From: Mobula hypostoma
Lineage: Eukaryota
Length of the DNA: 64,000 bases
Assembly: GCF_963921235.1 (NCBI RefSeq)
Contig: NC_086106.1
Coordinates: forward strand, 24,428,001 to 24,492,000
Reading direction: 5' to 3'
In this document: positions 49,727 through 62,197 of the stretch, in pieces
How the letters are laid out: every line of letters starts with the position of its first letter
Numbering within the stretch: position 1 is the stretch's first letter
Notes under the pieces: model-generated
What the model saw: the letters and a program-made list of their open reading frames with translations, nothing else
Databases searched by the model: none
What the model was told of the DNA's origin: nothing
Translations under genes and position numbers: made by a program

Positions 49727-52398
49727 AGATAACACACATAAAATGCTGGTGGACCGCAGCAGGCTAGGCATTATTTATTCTATGCGATGGTGGAGGAAGG
49801 GAAGCCCCTTTCTTTAAAACAGAAGACAGTTCCTTCGTCCTGGATTGACAAGCCTCATCCTGAGAGCAGATGCTGCGGAGACGGAGGGATTCCGAGAAGA
49901 GGAAGGCATTTTTGCAAGAGACAGGGTGGGAAGAAGAATTGTCCAGGTAGCTGTGGGAGTCTGTGGGCTTATTGTGGACATCAGGAAATACGCTGTCTCC
50001 AGAGGCAGAGACAGAGAGATCAGGAAAGGGGGGGGGGGGCGGTGTCGCAAATTTCCCAGGTAAACGTGTGGGCAGGGTGAAAGTTGGAGGGAAAGTTAAT
50101 GAAGGAAACGAGCTCAGCATGCGTGCAGGAAGCAGCGGCAATGCAGACGTCAATGTAGCGTAGGAAAAGTGGGGGAAAGTAACTAGTATAGGCTTGGAAC
50201 ATGGACTGTTCCAGAAAGAAAACATAAAGGGAGGCATATCTGGAGCCCACACCGGTGCCCATTGCTACACCTTTAGTTTGGAAGAAGTCGGAGGAGCCAA
50301 AGGAGAAATTATTAAGAGAAAGGACCAATTCCGCTAGACGGAGAAGAGTGATGGTCGAGGCGAAATGGTTAGGTCTGGAATCCAAAAAGCACCGGAGAGC
50401 TTTGAGACCTTCCTGGAGGGGGATGGAGGTATACAGGGACTGGACATCCATGGTGAAAATAAGGCGGTGGGCGCCAGGGAACTTAAAATCACCTAAACAA
50501 TTCAGAGCGTGAGAAATGTCACGAGCACAGGTGGGAAGCGATTGAACAAATCGAGTGTATGCAGAAATGAGTTCGGCGGGGCAGGAGTAGCTGAGACAAT
50601 GGGTCTACCTGGACAGGCAGGTTTGTGGATCTTGGGTAGGAGTTAGAAACGGGATGTATAGGGTTTGGGAACTATGACGTTTGCTTTGGCGAACAGTCCA
50701 TGTTCCAACCATTTACTGTTATCCGTCCCCGACTTTTCCTTCGCTACATCGACTACTGCATTGGCGCTGCTTCCTGCACGCATGCTGAGCTCGATGATTT
50801 CATTCACTTTGCCTCCAACTTTCAAGCTGCCCTCAAATTTACCTGTTCCATTTCTGACATCTCCCTCCCCTTTCTTGATCATACTGTCTCTATCTCTGGA
50901 GACAGACTAGCTACTGATGTTTACTATAAACCCACGGACTCTCACAGCTACCTGGACTAAGCCTCTTTCCACCCTGTCTCTTGCAAACATGCCATCCCCT
51001 TCTCCCAATTCCTCCGTCTCCGCCGCAGCTGCTCTCAGTCTGAAGTTGTTTTGTTTTTTTTTTAATTCAAGGACGAAGATGTCTTCATTTTTAAAGAAAA
51101 GGGCGTCCCTGCCTCCACCATCAACTCTGCTGTCAAACGCATCTCGCCATTTCACGCACGTATGCTCTCAACCCATCCTGCCGCCAACTCACTAAGGGCA
51201 GTGTTCCCCTTGTCCTCACCTATCACCCCACCAGCCTCTGGGTCCAACATAGAATTCTCCGTAACTTCTGCCACCTCCAACGGGATCCCAGCACCAAACA
51301 GATCTTTCCCCCGCCCACCGCCTTCAACTTTCCGCAGGGATCGCTCCCTACGCGTCTCCCTTGTCCATTCGTCCCCTATTGCCCCTCCCCCCAATCCCTT
51401 CCCACCGATCTCCCTCCCGGCACTTATCCTTGTAAGCGGAACAGGTACTACACCTGCCCTTACACTTCTTTCTTCACCACCATTCTTGGCCCTGGACAGT
51501 CCTTTCAGGAGATGCGACACTTCACCTGTGTCCTAACGAGGGGTCTCGGCCTGAAACGTCGACTGCACCTCTTCCTACACATGCTGCCTGGCCTGCTGCG
51601 TTCACCAGCAACTTTGAAGTGTGTTACTTCACCTGTGAGTTGGCTTGTGTGATCTGCTGCGTCCAGTGCTCCCAGTGTGGCCTTCTATATATTGGTGAGA
51701 CCCCACACCGGCTGGGAGACCGTTTGTTTGAACACCTACGCTCGGTCCACCAGAGAAACAGGATCTCCCAGAGGCCATCCATTTTAATTCCATGTCCCAT
51801 TCCCATTCTGATATGTCAATCCATGGCCTCCTCTACTGTCAAGATGAAGCCACACTCAGATTGGAGGAACAACACCTTATATGTCTTCTTGATGGCCTCC
51901 AACCTGATGGCATGAACATTGATTTCTCTAACTTCCGTTAATGGCCCCCTTCCATTCTTATTCCATCCCTTATTAACTTCATTCCTCCCTTCTTTTTTTC
52001 TTTTCTCTTCCTTCTTTCTTCTCGCTCTGGCCCTCTCACAATCACTCCTTTCCTGCTCTCCATCTTCCTCTGTGCTCCCTTCTCTTTTCCTTCTCCATGG
52101 TCCTGCTGCCCCATGATCCTACCCCTTCTCCCCTTCTCCAACTCTGTATCACCCTTTTCTTATCAACTTTCCAGCTCGTAGCTTCTTTCCTCCCCTCCTG
52201 TCTTCTCCTATCATTTATGATCTACCCCCCCCCCCCACTTGCAAGTCTCTGACTATTTGTTCTTTCAGTTAGTCCTAACGAACGGTCTTCCTATAGAAAC
52301 TGTCTTGCCTGATGCGTTCCACAAGCACTTTGAGCGTGTTGCTTGAATTTCCTGCAGGTGCGGATTTTCTTGTGATTGCATTTTTTTTTGTGTTTGCG
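49727..52398. mobile_element. Penelope-like retroelement, head-to-head inverted duplication
   Basis: RT DVQSLYTSIP, QTKGVAMG and LRYID on minus (50020-50451); RT LRYID and KPTDSHSYLD on plus (50700-50960); GIY-YIG LLYIGET...RLFEH at ~51680. 10-bp TSD TAATTCTATA at 49717-49726 and 52399-52408. Confidence 0.9.
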
Positions 52399-53901
52399 TA
52401 ATTCTATAGGGTGAGACGTTGCTGAAAATGTTCAGCGTCCTCCTCCATTAAGAGGCGAAATTATGAGCAGCCACGTTTTCCACCAGTCCGGAGGCGTGGG
52501 GTTGGTCGGGATACTGTTTTGCCGTTTTCGCATTCTCAAGGGGTAGACGGACAATACAGAATAATCAGCATGAACAGAGATGAAGCATTTGTCTAATTTC
52601 CCTTCCCATCGAAAGGCATATAACGCTCAATCGGTTAGTTCCAGTAGAACGATAGTTGAATGTGTTGAGTCCGAAAGCACCTTCATTTTGTGTTATACGG
52701 AAGGCGCTGCACTGCTGCAAGGCAGGCATGTGGACCATAACACACTTCGGGCACTAAACTGAATCAAGCTCTTTTTCTCTTTCTCTCTCTAAATTTTCCC
52801 ATGTTCATATTGCACTGTCTCTCAGAAATCCGCACTCTCTTCTTTGTCCTGTCCTCGTATCTTTACTACTTTCCTGCACCCATCCTGCTTCGGTTCCCCT
52901 CCATTTTACGGTAGTCTGTTTTTAATTTCTTTATGTCTCCGTCTTTGCGGATTTTCTTCCCAACTTCCCGTGTTTGCATTTCATTCTATTCTCCTGCTGC
53001 CGCTCCCCTCAAGTTCCTCCTCTATTTGATCCTCTCAGTCTCTTATTAGCTCTCTCGCTGATACCACAGACCTTTTTCGACTTATCTGTTCTTTCAGTAC
53101 TTTCTGCCAGGTTCCGCATCCAAACACTCTCTTCGTCTCTTCATCCCTCTGTCTCCCCCTCCGCCAACCATAACTCCCTCATCCATGTCTTCAGATCTCT
53201 TTCTTAATATATGTTTGCATTTTATTTACCTATCTCTGTTGCCCGTTCTGGGAACGAGATATCCCTGTCCTACTTTCTCTGCTTTCAGCCCAGTCAGATC
53301 ATGCCTATCCACGTGTTAAAACGACATCCGCCAAATTATTATTTTCCGCATTGCGTCATTACATATATCATCGTTATTGCGCGTAACCAATTGAATCAGC
53401 AGTGTTCAATTCTGCGGCATCTTACAGAGTATTGATTGCCTGAAGGAAAACATGTATTCCGCAAACGTTGTCTCCGTCAGTGAGCCAGCTTCCTATCCAT
53501 GCCACATAGATTTTTACTTCTGCAGTTTCCTTCACTATTATGTAGTTCTGCACGCTTTCTAGGATTTTACGGACCCAGCATCTCAAGGTGCCTGTCACAA
53601 CTGACTGCTACACACTTAAGATATTCTGAAAAAAAAATGTCAAAGTGCATATCCAGGAAATCATCCATTACATTTGTAGAAAACAATAACCAGCGAGGTC
53701 CGGGCAAAGTTCTGTGAGATTCCTGTTTATATCGATAGGGTAAATGCAAGTACCATTTTTTTTATGTTAGTGCGAAGGTGATTACTGGTATCGCGAAGTT
53801 AAGATTACAACGTAACTCCCGCTGTTTTAAGGGTATGTGTCCCTTCATGAAGTTGCACTAAGCGCACCCTATAGGTAACGCTCCTTACATCACGCTGGAC
53901 A

Positions 53902-54368
53902 AAGTTTTGTTCTAAGTCGCCATAGCAATGTAAAAATCCTGACTGTGTGGTACCGGGATACACAGCGGAGTCGTATACAAGAACCAGGTTGATGCTTAAA
54001 TGATCCACTTTGCTTGTCTTTTTCAAAGCAACGGAAAAAAATCATTAGACACTCTGGATGCCAGTTTTCCTTTGCTTTCTTCAGCTTCAACAAATAACTC
54101 GAAGATTCGTTGCGATAATAATGGTAATAAATGTATATGTTAGAGCACACGTGTAAATGCAGTTCAGCATTATTGTGCGTCCTTCCTCAACGGCTGAAGA
54201 AAAGAGCACCTGAGTCACTGAAGCTTTCACAGTCTTTCCTGCAAAAAAAAGACAAAATTTCTGAACAGCGTAGTTTGCACTGAACGCATGGAACACACAA
54301 GGATCTATTCCACAGAGTTTTATCGGGCAGGAAAGCAATACAATCGGTACGGAATAGAGGGAACCCAT
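53902..54368 (-). pseudogene. TCR alpha/delta-type V pseudogene
   Basis: Leader-like ATG at 54368 with donor lost. Exon from 54238 KASVTQ...VEEGRTIMLNCIY, frameshifts, DSAVYPGT (Cys lost). AGGATTT-23-ACAAAACTT. Confidence 0.85.
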
Positions 54369-55215
54369 GGTCAATCTCCATGGAAAGCCAGGTAACTTTA
54401 AATAAGGTAATGCCACGTAATCGATCCTGAGGATTGAGATCGAGTACGCAGTACGCAGCACCCCTCTGTTTGTGCAACGTTTGCTTATGCAGTTCTGCTG
54501 TAAGATTGTCCAGGATAGCAGAATTGGGCCCACCCTATCCAAATGGAGATAGTTTAGTTTTATTCTCTGCTTCCTCCACGTTGTCTGTTAATTATCTTCT
54601 ATTCGTCGATTTATTCTGCCTCTGTCTCTCTTTTTCTGTCTCTCTCAGTCTCTGACTCTTTCTCTCTCTTTCTCTGTCCCTCTTATTAACTCTATCGATT
54701 GTCTGCTCTGTCTCTCGCCTGGCTCTGACTTTGCGGAATGCCTTTCCTGATCAATCTGCTACTCGTTGCCAAAACGAAAGTGACATTGTACCTCAAACTG
54801 AATGCTAAACAAAGAAATCGACAATTTATCCCCCAGTCCTATACTGACAGTGAAACAAACATCGGTCATTGCCATTTGATGACGAGAGTTTTTATTTTTC
54901 TCTACAACCGCCTTTAGAGTTAAAAGCTATGTAATGTAGAGACCTTATGCTCCCAAGGATTCCAAGATTCTTCATGAAAGCGAGCAAAAGCGTTTGTCCC
55001 ACAGTTAATAAAGTGCACTGAATCTTCGCAAAGTACATTTGTGAGCGTCTGCGTTTGACATGAATTCAAGCGTATGTTCTGTAGTTTGAACGACTGAACT
55101 TGGTGAGAGTCGCCTATCTGAAATGGACCAAGGGATGCTCACTGAGTTGTGTTCGTCACCATTCCTGTTTCCGAAAAGCGTGCCGCTGGTGAACGCTCTT
55201 GTTAAACTCCATGAC

Positions 55216-55462
55216 ATATTTTGTTCGGATCCTGTATCTTCTTCCAACAGTGTGGTGGCCATGTCACAAATTTACACTGCAGTGTACGATAGAAGAGCCG
55301 CGAGGCCGAAGAGATATTTAGATAAACCATCATAAACCAGATATTTACATAAACCGGAAAATACTAGTCCTATTGTACATCTTGTAATTTTAGTTCTATA
55401 TTATTGGCTCTGATCTTCTACATCAGGAGGGTACTGCGCCATTGAATCTGTCCCGTTTGTAC
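55216..55462 (-). pseudogene. Internally deleted V pseudogene with good 23-RSS
   Basis: Acceptor TGTTGTAG|GT, GTNGTDSMAQYPP..., TAV*ICDMA. CACACTG-23-ACAAAATAT at 55254-55216. Exon 208 nt versus 298. Confidence 0.85.
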
Positions 55463-55969
55463 CTACAACAAAAGACAGAATGTCTAAAGAGCCCAGCTCA
55501 TCATTCAACACAAGTAGCACGTTTTAAGTTTTTGCACATACTCATCGGACAGTAGCAAAAGTATGTGGAGTTAGGCAAAGAAGATGGTCTAGAGTTGGTG
55601 TTGATAAATTCATTCAGAAGTTTACCAGCATTTTAGCAATACCGGAGAATAAGGTCAGATTCACGATGAATGAGGCGGATAACTTAACGTCAAAGGATTC
55701 GTTGTTAAAATATAAATAAGCTTCGATCAAAATGGCCGTTGAGCTTAAGTCAATGTCAATGCCTGCCTGTGTGTTTTTCAGCTGATATTCCATTATCACA
55801 TCGCCCCACTTTCCATTTTTCATTAGAATTCAATATAATTGTTCAGTTTTATCGTATCTCCCTCTAATCCTACGTAGAACGCGTCGTATATTCACCGATT
55901 AGCCATAAGATTCTGACGTCTTCAAACTCGATTTCCAGCAATACGCGATGATTTCACTAAATGTATATA

Positions 55970-55971
<2 letters not shown>

Positions 55972-56013
<42 letters not shown>
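55972..56013. repeat. (CA)n microsatellite
   Basis: Direct inspection. Confidence 0.95.
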
Positions 56014-56015
<2 letters not shown>

Positions 56016-56478
56016 CATATGCATATATATATATACACACACATTGCAATTTGCTGCGGCACTGGCAGAATGTCACCGTTTAAATCTAGCACACTGGACT
56101 CGCTGTACCTGGGTGTAAGTCACTGCGGTTAAGCCAGATCCGCTAGAGCTGGCTCAATACATTGCACGGGGTAAGAATAAAGTAAACACCTGTGACAAGG
56201 CATCACGGAAGGTCGCAAGATCCAAAGGCAGATTACTTTAAAAAAGCAATACTATTTTCATCTCTATCATTCTGCATCTCTGTTTTCATCCTGTTATTTC
56301 ACTCCTTCTTTCTATCTACCTATCTATGTAAGTACTGCACACCTAGAACTAACAGCAGGCTGTTGCTAACTTCGCCTTGTTCAGCGCACCAATTGAACAT
56401 CGCTGTTTCTTGTGTGGGTCCATTATTTTTCCCGGCTGGCCGCGTCCACTGGTGAGTACTATCAACATTACATAGGTT

Positions 56479-56961
56479 GTTTTTTGTCCGGATCATAGAA
56501 CATAGAACATAGAACATCTTCGTGCAGCAGTGTGGGTTCCATGGCACAGGGATACATGGCAGTGTCCAAGACAAGAGCTCCAGAGATACTTAAGTGAGCA
56601 ACCTGACTGTTTTCCTTTAAAGAACCGGTAAACCTCTACGGAGATTCTGGAGACAGATCTATCCTTGTGCTACGTAGCTTCATCAAGTATTGTAGACCCC
56701 CCCATTGAAGTTGAATGTACCAAAAATGTATCTGTTGGCTATTGAGTAATTACAGTTCAGCATTATGGTCCGTCCTTCCACAATCGGTAATTCAAGAGGC
56801 TCCTGTGTAACTGAATCTTTTGCACTCGTTCCTGCAATAGATGACAGAATATGTGAGGTGGCCGGACTTACATTGAACCCAAATTAACAGACTGACGGCT
56901 ATCGCAGTAACTCACCTGGCAACATAGCTATTATAATCAGTAAGAAACAGTTGGCACACAT
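56479..56961 (-). pseudogene. V pseudogene; RSS spacer expanded to 40 nt
   Basis: Leader 56961-56916 MCANCFLLIIIAMLP-G. Exon from 56831 DSVTQEPLELPIVEGRTIMLNCNYSIANRYIF, -1 frameshift at the W codon, TAG in FR3, DTAMYPCAME. CACACTG-40-ACAAAAAAC. Confidence 0.92.
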
Positions 56962-57940
56962 GATGTCTAGCATCAAGCTCGATTACATTCAATCAAGCAG
57001 ATTACCTTCAATAAGCTATTACAACTCAGTCGAATGTTCAATGAGGTCATGTGCGCAGCGCCTCCCACTCTGTGAAATACTTGGGGGCGTTTCCCTGTTT
57101 GTCTCGGAAATAAGAACTGATCATTTATTTGTACCAATCGGAATGCGTTTCGATCCGTTTCTCTACATATTTATGTCTCATTCTCTGTCTATTCCATTCT
57201 CTCGTTTTCTCCGACTCTCACTTTCTTTCTCTACCTTCCCGACCACATTCTCACTTCGGGTTGACAATTTCTCAGTTCCTTTCTAGAAAGTAAAGGGCAC
57301 TGTTTCTGCGGGCTTCCCTTGAATCAAAACCGAGCTTATTCGGAAAAGCAACTGAGCTGAGTGTTATTCAATGATATTCTGGAAATTCCGGGAACTTATT
57401 TCAAAGCTCAAAGTACTGTTATACTCAAATACGTATACTACATTCAAACCAGATTCGTTTCCTTACGAGCAATCACCGAACGAAGAGCGAAAGTAGAACA
57501 CATTAAAAAAAAAATTCAGTCAAACGCACAATATGCAGAGGAAACTACGTTGCTGACAAGAGAAGTAAGAAAATGGCATTGAAAACTGATTTTCACGAAA
57601 GATAGAACACAGCTACGCAGGCAGTCATAATTTCAGGCGTTTAGAAACTACATTAATTGGAGTCCACAGCAACAGTTCATCATCTGGACGCGTAAACGTC
57701 ACCATGACCCGAGCTGAATACCTAGCCATACCTTGCAACCGGCTCCGAGATCCAGAGCTTTCCAATCAGCAACGGAGCTTAGCACTTTCGAGTATTTGTC
57801 GTCCCTTGCTCTCCGACACGTGACTTGCAGATACGTTACGGTCTCGATTCCATGCCCCGACAAAATATTTTTTCATGCGCCCTTTCTGGTTTTCCAGTAG
57901 CAGGCGCCCTCTTCTGTCCGCACACTGCATCGCCCTTTGC

Positions 57941-58353
57941 ATGTTTTGCCCTGATTGGCCATTTCAGTACGACGTTATGGGCGCTATGGCACAGAGACAC
58001 ACGACGGAATCGGAAGCAAGAAACTCGGGTATATTGAGATAATTTAGTCTGCTGCCTCACTAATCCGACAGTAAAAGTCACCGCTGTTCCAAAGGGCACT
58101 CCGAATCTGCAGACCTGTAAACCTACCGAACAATTGTAAAGTGTTCGCAGTGTTACAGTGTGTTCCTCCTCAACTGTTAATTGAAAAGGGTTCTATGTCA
58201 CTGATTCATTCGGGATCGACTCTCCGGTAAACGAAAACAAATGTCGAAGTATGTCACAATCACAATCAGGCTACAGAATACAAAGTTGAGATATTTGCAG
58301 AGCGTTACCGTGCAACACGGCGAAATTAATCAGGAGGTACGGAGAGAACTCAT
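57941..58353 (-). pseudogene. Decayed V pseudogene with RSS
   Basis: Frameshifted leader from ATG 58353. ESVT*NPFQLTVEEEHTVTL ... LASDSVVCLCAIA. CATAACG-23-GCAAAACAT. Confidence 0.8.
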
Positions 58354-58558
58354 GGTTGGATTCAATCGTGTTTGAACACCAGAGTATTTCTAAGAAAAAA
58401 AACACGTTAAAATAAGTTTTAAAATGCAGATTGTGATCGGTTGGCTTTCTGAAAGTCGATGAGGGTTGGTATCAAGCTGAGTTTAAGCTGATGAAACCGA
58501 ATCTGGACCAATCGGTATACGCTTTTGTTCTATTCATATTTTGACCTGCATTCCGCGC

Positions 58559-58726
58559 NNNNNNNNNNNNNNNNNNNNNNNNNNNNNNNNNNNNNNNNNN
58601 NNNNNNNNNNNNNNNNNNNNNNNNNNNNNNNNNNNNNNNNNNNNNNNNNNNNNNNNNNNNNNNNNNNNNNNNNNNNNNNNNNNNNNNNNNNNNNNNNNNN
58701 NNNNNNNNNNNNNNNNNNNNNNNNNN
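58559..58726. other. Assembly gap (168 N)
   Basis: N run. Confidence 1.
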
Positions 58727-59119
58727 CACCCAATAGGGTGCAATGTTATAATCAATTAACCTTCAACTTCACATTATTGTCATTGACATTCGGGATTGTA
58801 AAGACTTTCTATCGCGAAGGCACCCTCAATCCACACTATGGCAACCGTCATAGAGTCTTCTAGAGCGGTTAATGAGCATGTCCAGCAAGTTATCTATATC
58901 TACAACATATTCTAGACAACAGGGAGAGCTGGAAATTTAGATGTCCCTATTAGGCTTTTTTTAAATTTTATCTTTCTTTATTCCATGTTGTTTTCCGTAA
59001 CTAATCCTCATAACTGGCCGTGAGAGAAATTCATTGCGTAATATTCAGCCCCGCTGTTTTGTGTCTGTTCGATCATTTCCTGTTTCTGCACGAAGCGCAC
59101 AGTCTGCTGATCGTAGATC

Positions 59120-59455
59120 CGGTTTTGACCGTAACCGCCATCTCAATGCAATAGTGTGTGCTGGGTAGCACATGGATACACTATAAAATCATGACGAAAG
59201 GCTTTACTGATGCATAAATTAACCATCTCCCAGTGTTACGGAAAAAAAAACAGCTATAAAGCCCACCAGGCATCGTGGAGACAGCCGTTTCTTTCTTCAG
59301 TTAAATTCCCTCTAAAATTATTTTGCAGACTCATCTCGGTACTGAAAATACGGACAATTATTTGCATGAATTTTCCTAAAACTACAGTTCATTCTTACTA
59401 TTTATCCTTCTGGAATCCCGTTTGGCAGAACGCCTCTGGAGATACAGTTCGCAGG
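59120..59455 (-). pseudogene. Decayed V pseudogene with RSS
   Basis: PEG*IVRMNCSF...YFQYRDES...HDFIVYPCATQ. CACACTA-23 (TTGCATTGAGATGGCGGTTACGG)-TCAAAACCG. Confidence 0.78.
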
Positions 59456-59989
59456 TAACCGCCGGACTCACTGGTAAGAAATCCACCTTTCTTAGGCTCC
59501 GTGCGTCTCAGGTAGATGTGCCTTGGATTCGGCCAAATTGGTGAGTTTGTGATGTCTCGCCCACCCGAATTCCAGTGTGTGTGAATACTCTTTAATTTAC
59601 CGCCCAGTGCAATCGCCCCTCTGCGGGAAATAGCAGATACGACCTGCTCACAATTCCCATGAAAGTATAGTTAAAATAGCTAACTTACCAAAGCCTTATT
59701 AAGGAAAAGAAGCTAAATTTAAAAAACAAAAAAAAATGGGTCCATTATAATTGAACAGTTTGCAGCTCAGATCTTCCAAAGGCCGGTATTTCCAAGGTGT
59801 ATTCATGGATCCTCGTTAGATTTCCCCCTCCTGATCTCTATCTAATCGCGCAGCCCCGGCAGATCGAATCTTACCACGGTTCTTTCCGGCATTTTCTCTC
59901 AGCCACCAAAAATAATCTTGACCCATCTCAATGTCCTTCACAAAAACCTCTCCATCAGCGTTCACAAGAGTCTCCCGCCGGTTCCACAA

Positions 59990-62197
59990 ATCCTTTTGGA
60001 TGACACTATATACCTCGGCATCCCTTATCTGTAGAGGATGTAGAACATTTTCACTGGGATGCTGCCTGGTTTAGAGGAGATGTGCCATCAGGAGAGATTG
60101 GATACGCTTCGGATCTTTACTCTGGAGCCTCGGAGACTACGGGGCGAGCTGATTGAGCTTTACTATATAAGATTAAACAAGTGAAATCATGAGTTAAAAT
60201 TGACATGTGACAAATGTAATACTGCGGTTGTTGTGGGGGATTTCAACATGCGGGTAGACTGCGAAAATGAGGTTGGTACAGAACACCAAGAAAGGGAGTT
60301 TGTGGAATGCCCCAGAGATGGATTCTTAGAGCAGTTTGTATTGGAGCCAACCAAAGAGAAGGCAAATCTACATTTAGTGTTGTGTAATGAGCCAGATTCG
60401 ATGAGGGTACTCGAGATAAAGGAGCCATTAGGAGGTAGTCACCATAATATGATAAGTTTTAATCTACAATTTCAGAGGGAGATGGGATAATGGGAAGTGT
60501 CATTATTACAGTTGAAGAAAGATGACTATGGATCCATGAGGGACAAGCTGGCCAAAGTTGACTGGAAAGATACCCCAACAGGACCGACATTAGAACAACA
60601 ATGACACGTATTTCTGGGAATAATTTAAAAGGCGCGGGATCAGTTCATTCCAAAGAGGAAGACAGATTCTAAGAGGAGTAAGGGTGCAACCATGGATGAC
60701 AAGGAAGTCCAGGAAACTATAAAAATAAAAGAGGAAAAGCATAACATAGCAAGGATGAGCTGGAAACCAGAGGAATGGGAGAACTTTCAGGAGCAACAGA
60801 AGATAACTAAAAAGGCAATACTGGGGGAAAAGATGAGGTGGATTCAATTATAACAAAATAAATAGCAGCATATTTGGATAGCAGTAGCAGGATACGTCGG
60901 AGTCAGCATGGATTTACGATGGGGAAATCATACTTGACTAATCTGGAATTTTCTGAGGATGCAGCTGCGAAAATGGACATGGGAAAGCCAGTGGATGTAG
61001 TTTAACTGGACTTGCAGAAAGCTTTTGATAAGGTCCCATATAGGAAGTTAGTTGGCAAAATTAGAGCACATTGTATTGTGGGTTGGGTACTGACATGGAT
61101 AGAAAATTTGTTGACAGACGGGAAACAAAGAGTAGGAATTAACGGGTCCTTTTCATAATGGCAGGCAGTGACTAGTGGGGTACCGCAAGGCTCGATGCTG
61201 GGAACGGAGCTATTTACGATTTACATTAATTATTTAGATGAAGGGATTAAAAGTAACATTAGCACATTTGCAGATGACACAAATCTGGGTGACAGTGTGA
61301 ACTGTGAGGATGATGTTATAACAATGCAGGTTGTCTTGGACACGTTGGGTGAGTGGGCAGATGCATGGTAGTTGCAGTTTAATGTGGAAAATGTGAGCGT
61401 ATCCACTTTGGTGTCAAGAATAGGAAGGAAGATTGCTATCTGAATGGTGTCAACTTAGGTAAAGGGGAACTACAACGACATCTGGGTGTCCTTGTTCATC
61501 AGTCACTGAAAGTAAGCATACAGGTACAGCAGGCAGTGAAGAAAAATAATGGCATGTTGGCCTTCATAACAAGGAGAGTAGCGTATAGGAGCAAAGAGGT
61601 CCTTCTGCTTTAGTACAAGGCCGTGCTACGACCCCACTTTGAGTATAGTGTGCAGTTTTGGTCCCCAAAGTTGAGGAAGGACATTCTTCTTATGGAGGGA
61701 GTGCACCGTAGGTTCACTGGGTTAATTCCAGGGATAGCGGGAATGTCATATGTTGAAAGATTGGAGCGACTGGGCTTGTATACACTGGAATTTAGAAGGA
61801 TGAGAGGGGTTCTGATTGAAACATATAAGATTATTAAGGGATTGGGCACGCTAGAGGCAGGAAACATGTTCCCGATGTTTGGGGAGTCCGGAACCATTAG
61901 CCAAAGTTCAAGAGTAAGGGGTAGACCATTTGGAACGGAGCTGACGGAAAACATTTACACACAGAGGGTTGTGGATCTGTTGAATGCTCTGCCTCAGAAG
62001 GCAGTGGAGGTGAATTCTCTGGATTATTTCAAGAAAGAGTTAGATAGAGATCTTAAAGATAGCGGTGTCAAGGGATATGTGAAGAAGTCAGGAACAAGGT
62101 ACTGATTGTAGATGTTCAGCCATGATCTCAGTGAATGGTGGTGCTGGCTCGAAGGGCCGAAAGGCCTACTGCTGCACCTATTGTCTATTGTCTATTA
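59990..62197 (+). mobile_element. Degenerate CR1 LINE (EN-RT-3'UTR)
   Basis: VVGDFN, GVPQGSMLG, FADDTNLG, RPHFEYSVQFWSP; (CTATTGT)n tail at ~62178-62197. Confidence 0.88.

Noticed and set aside
54140-54160. Extra Cys in CDR1 (LNCIYTCA), reminiscent of NAR-TCR supporting V-delta
   Set aside because: The segment is frameshifted, lacks the second canonical Cys and retains a leader remnant; no NAR-type V, D or J seen upstream.
57361-57582. ORF with STVILKYVYYIQ resembling V FR1/FR2
   Set aside because: Wrong spacing, no Cys or Trp, no RSS.
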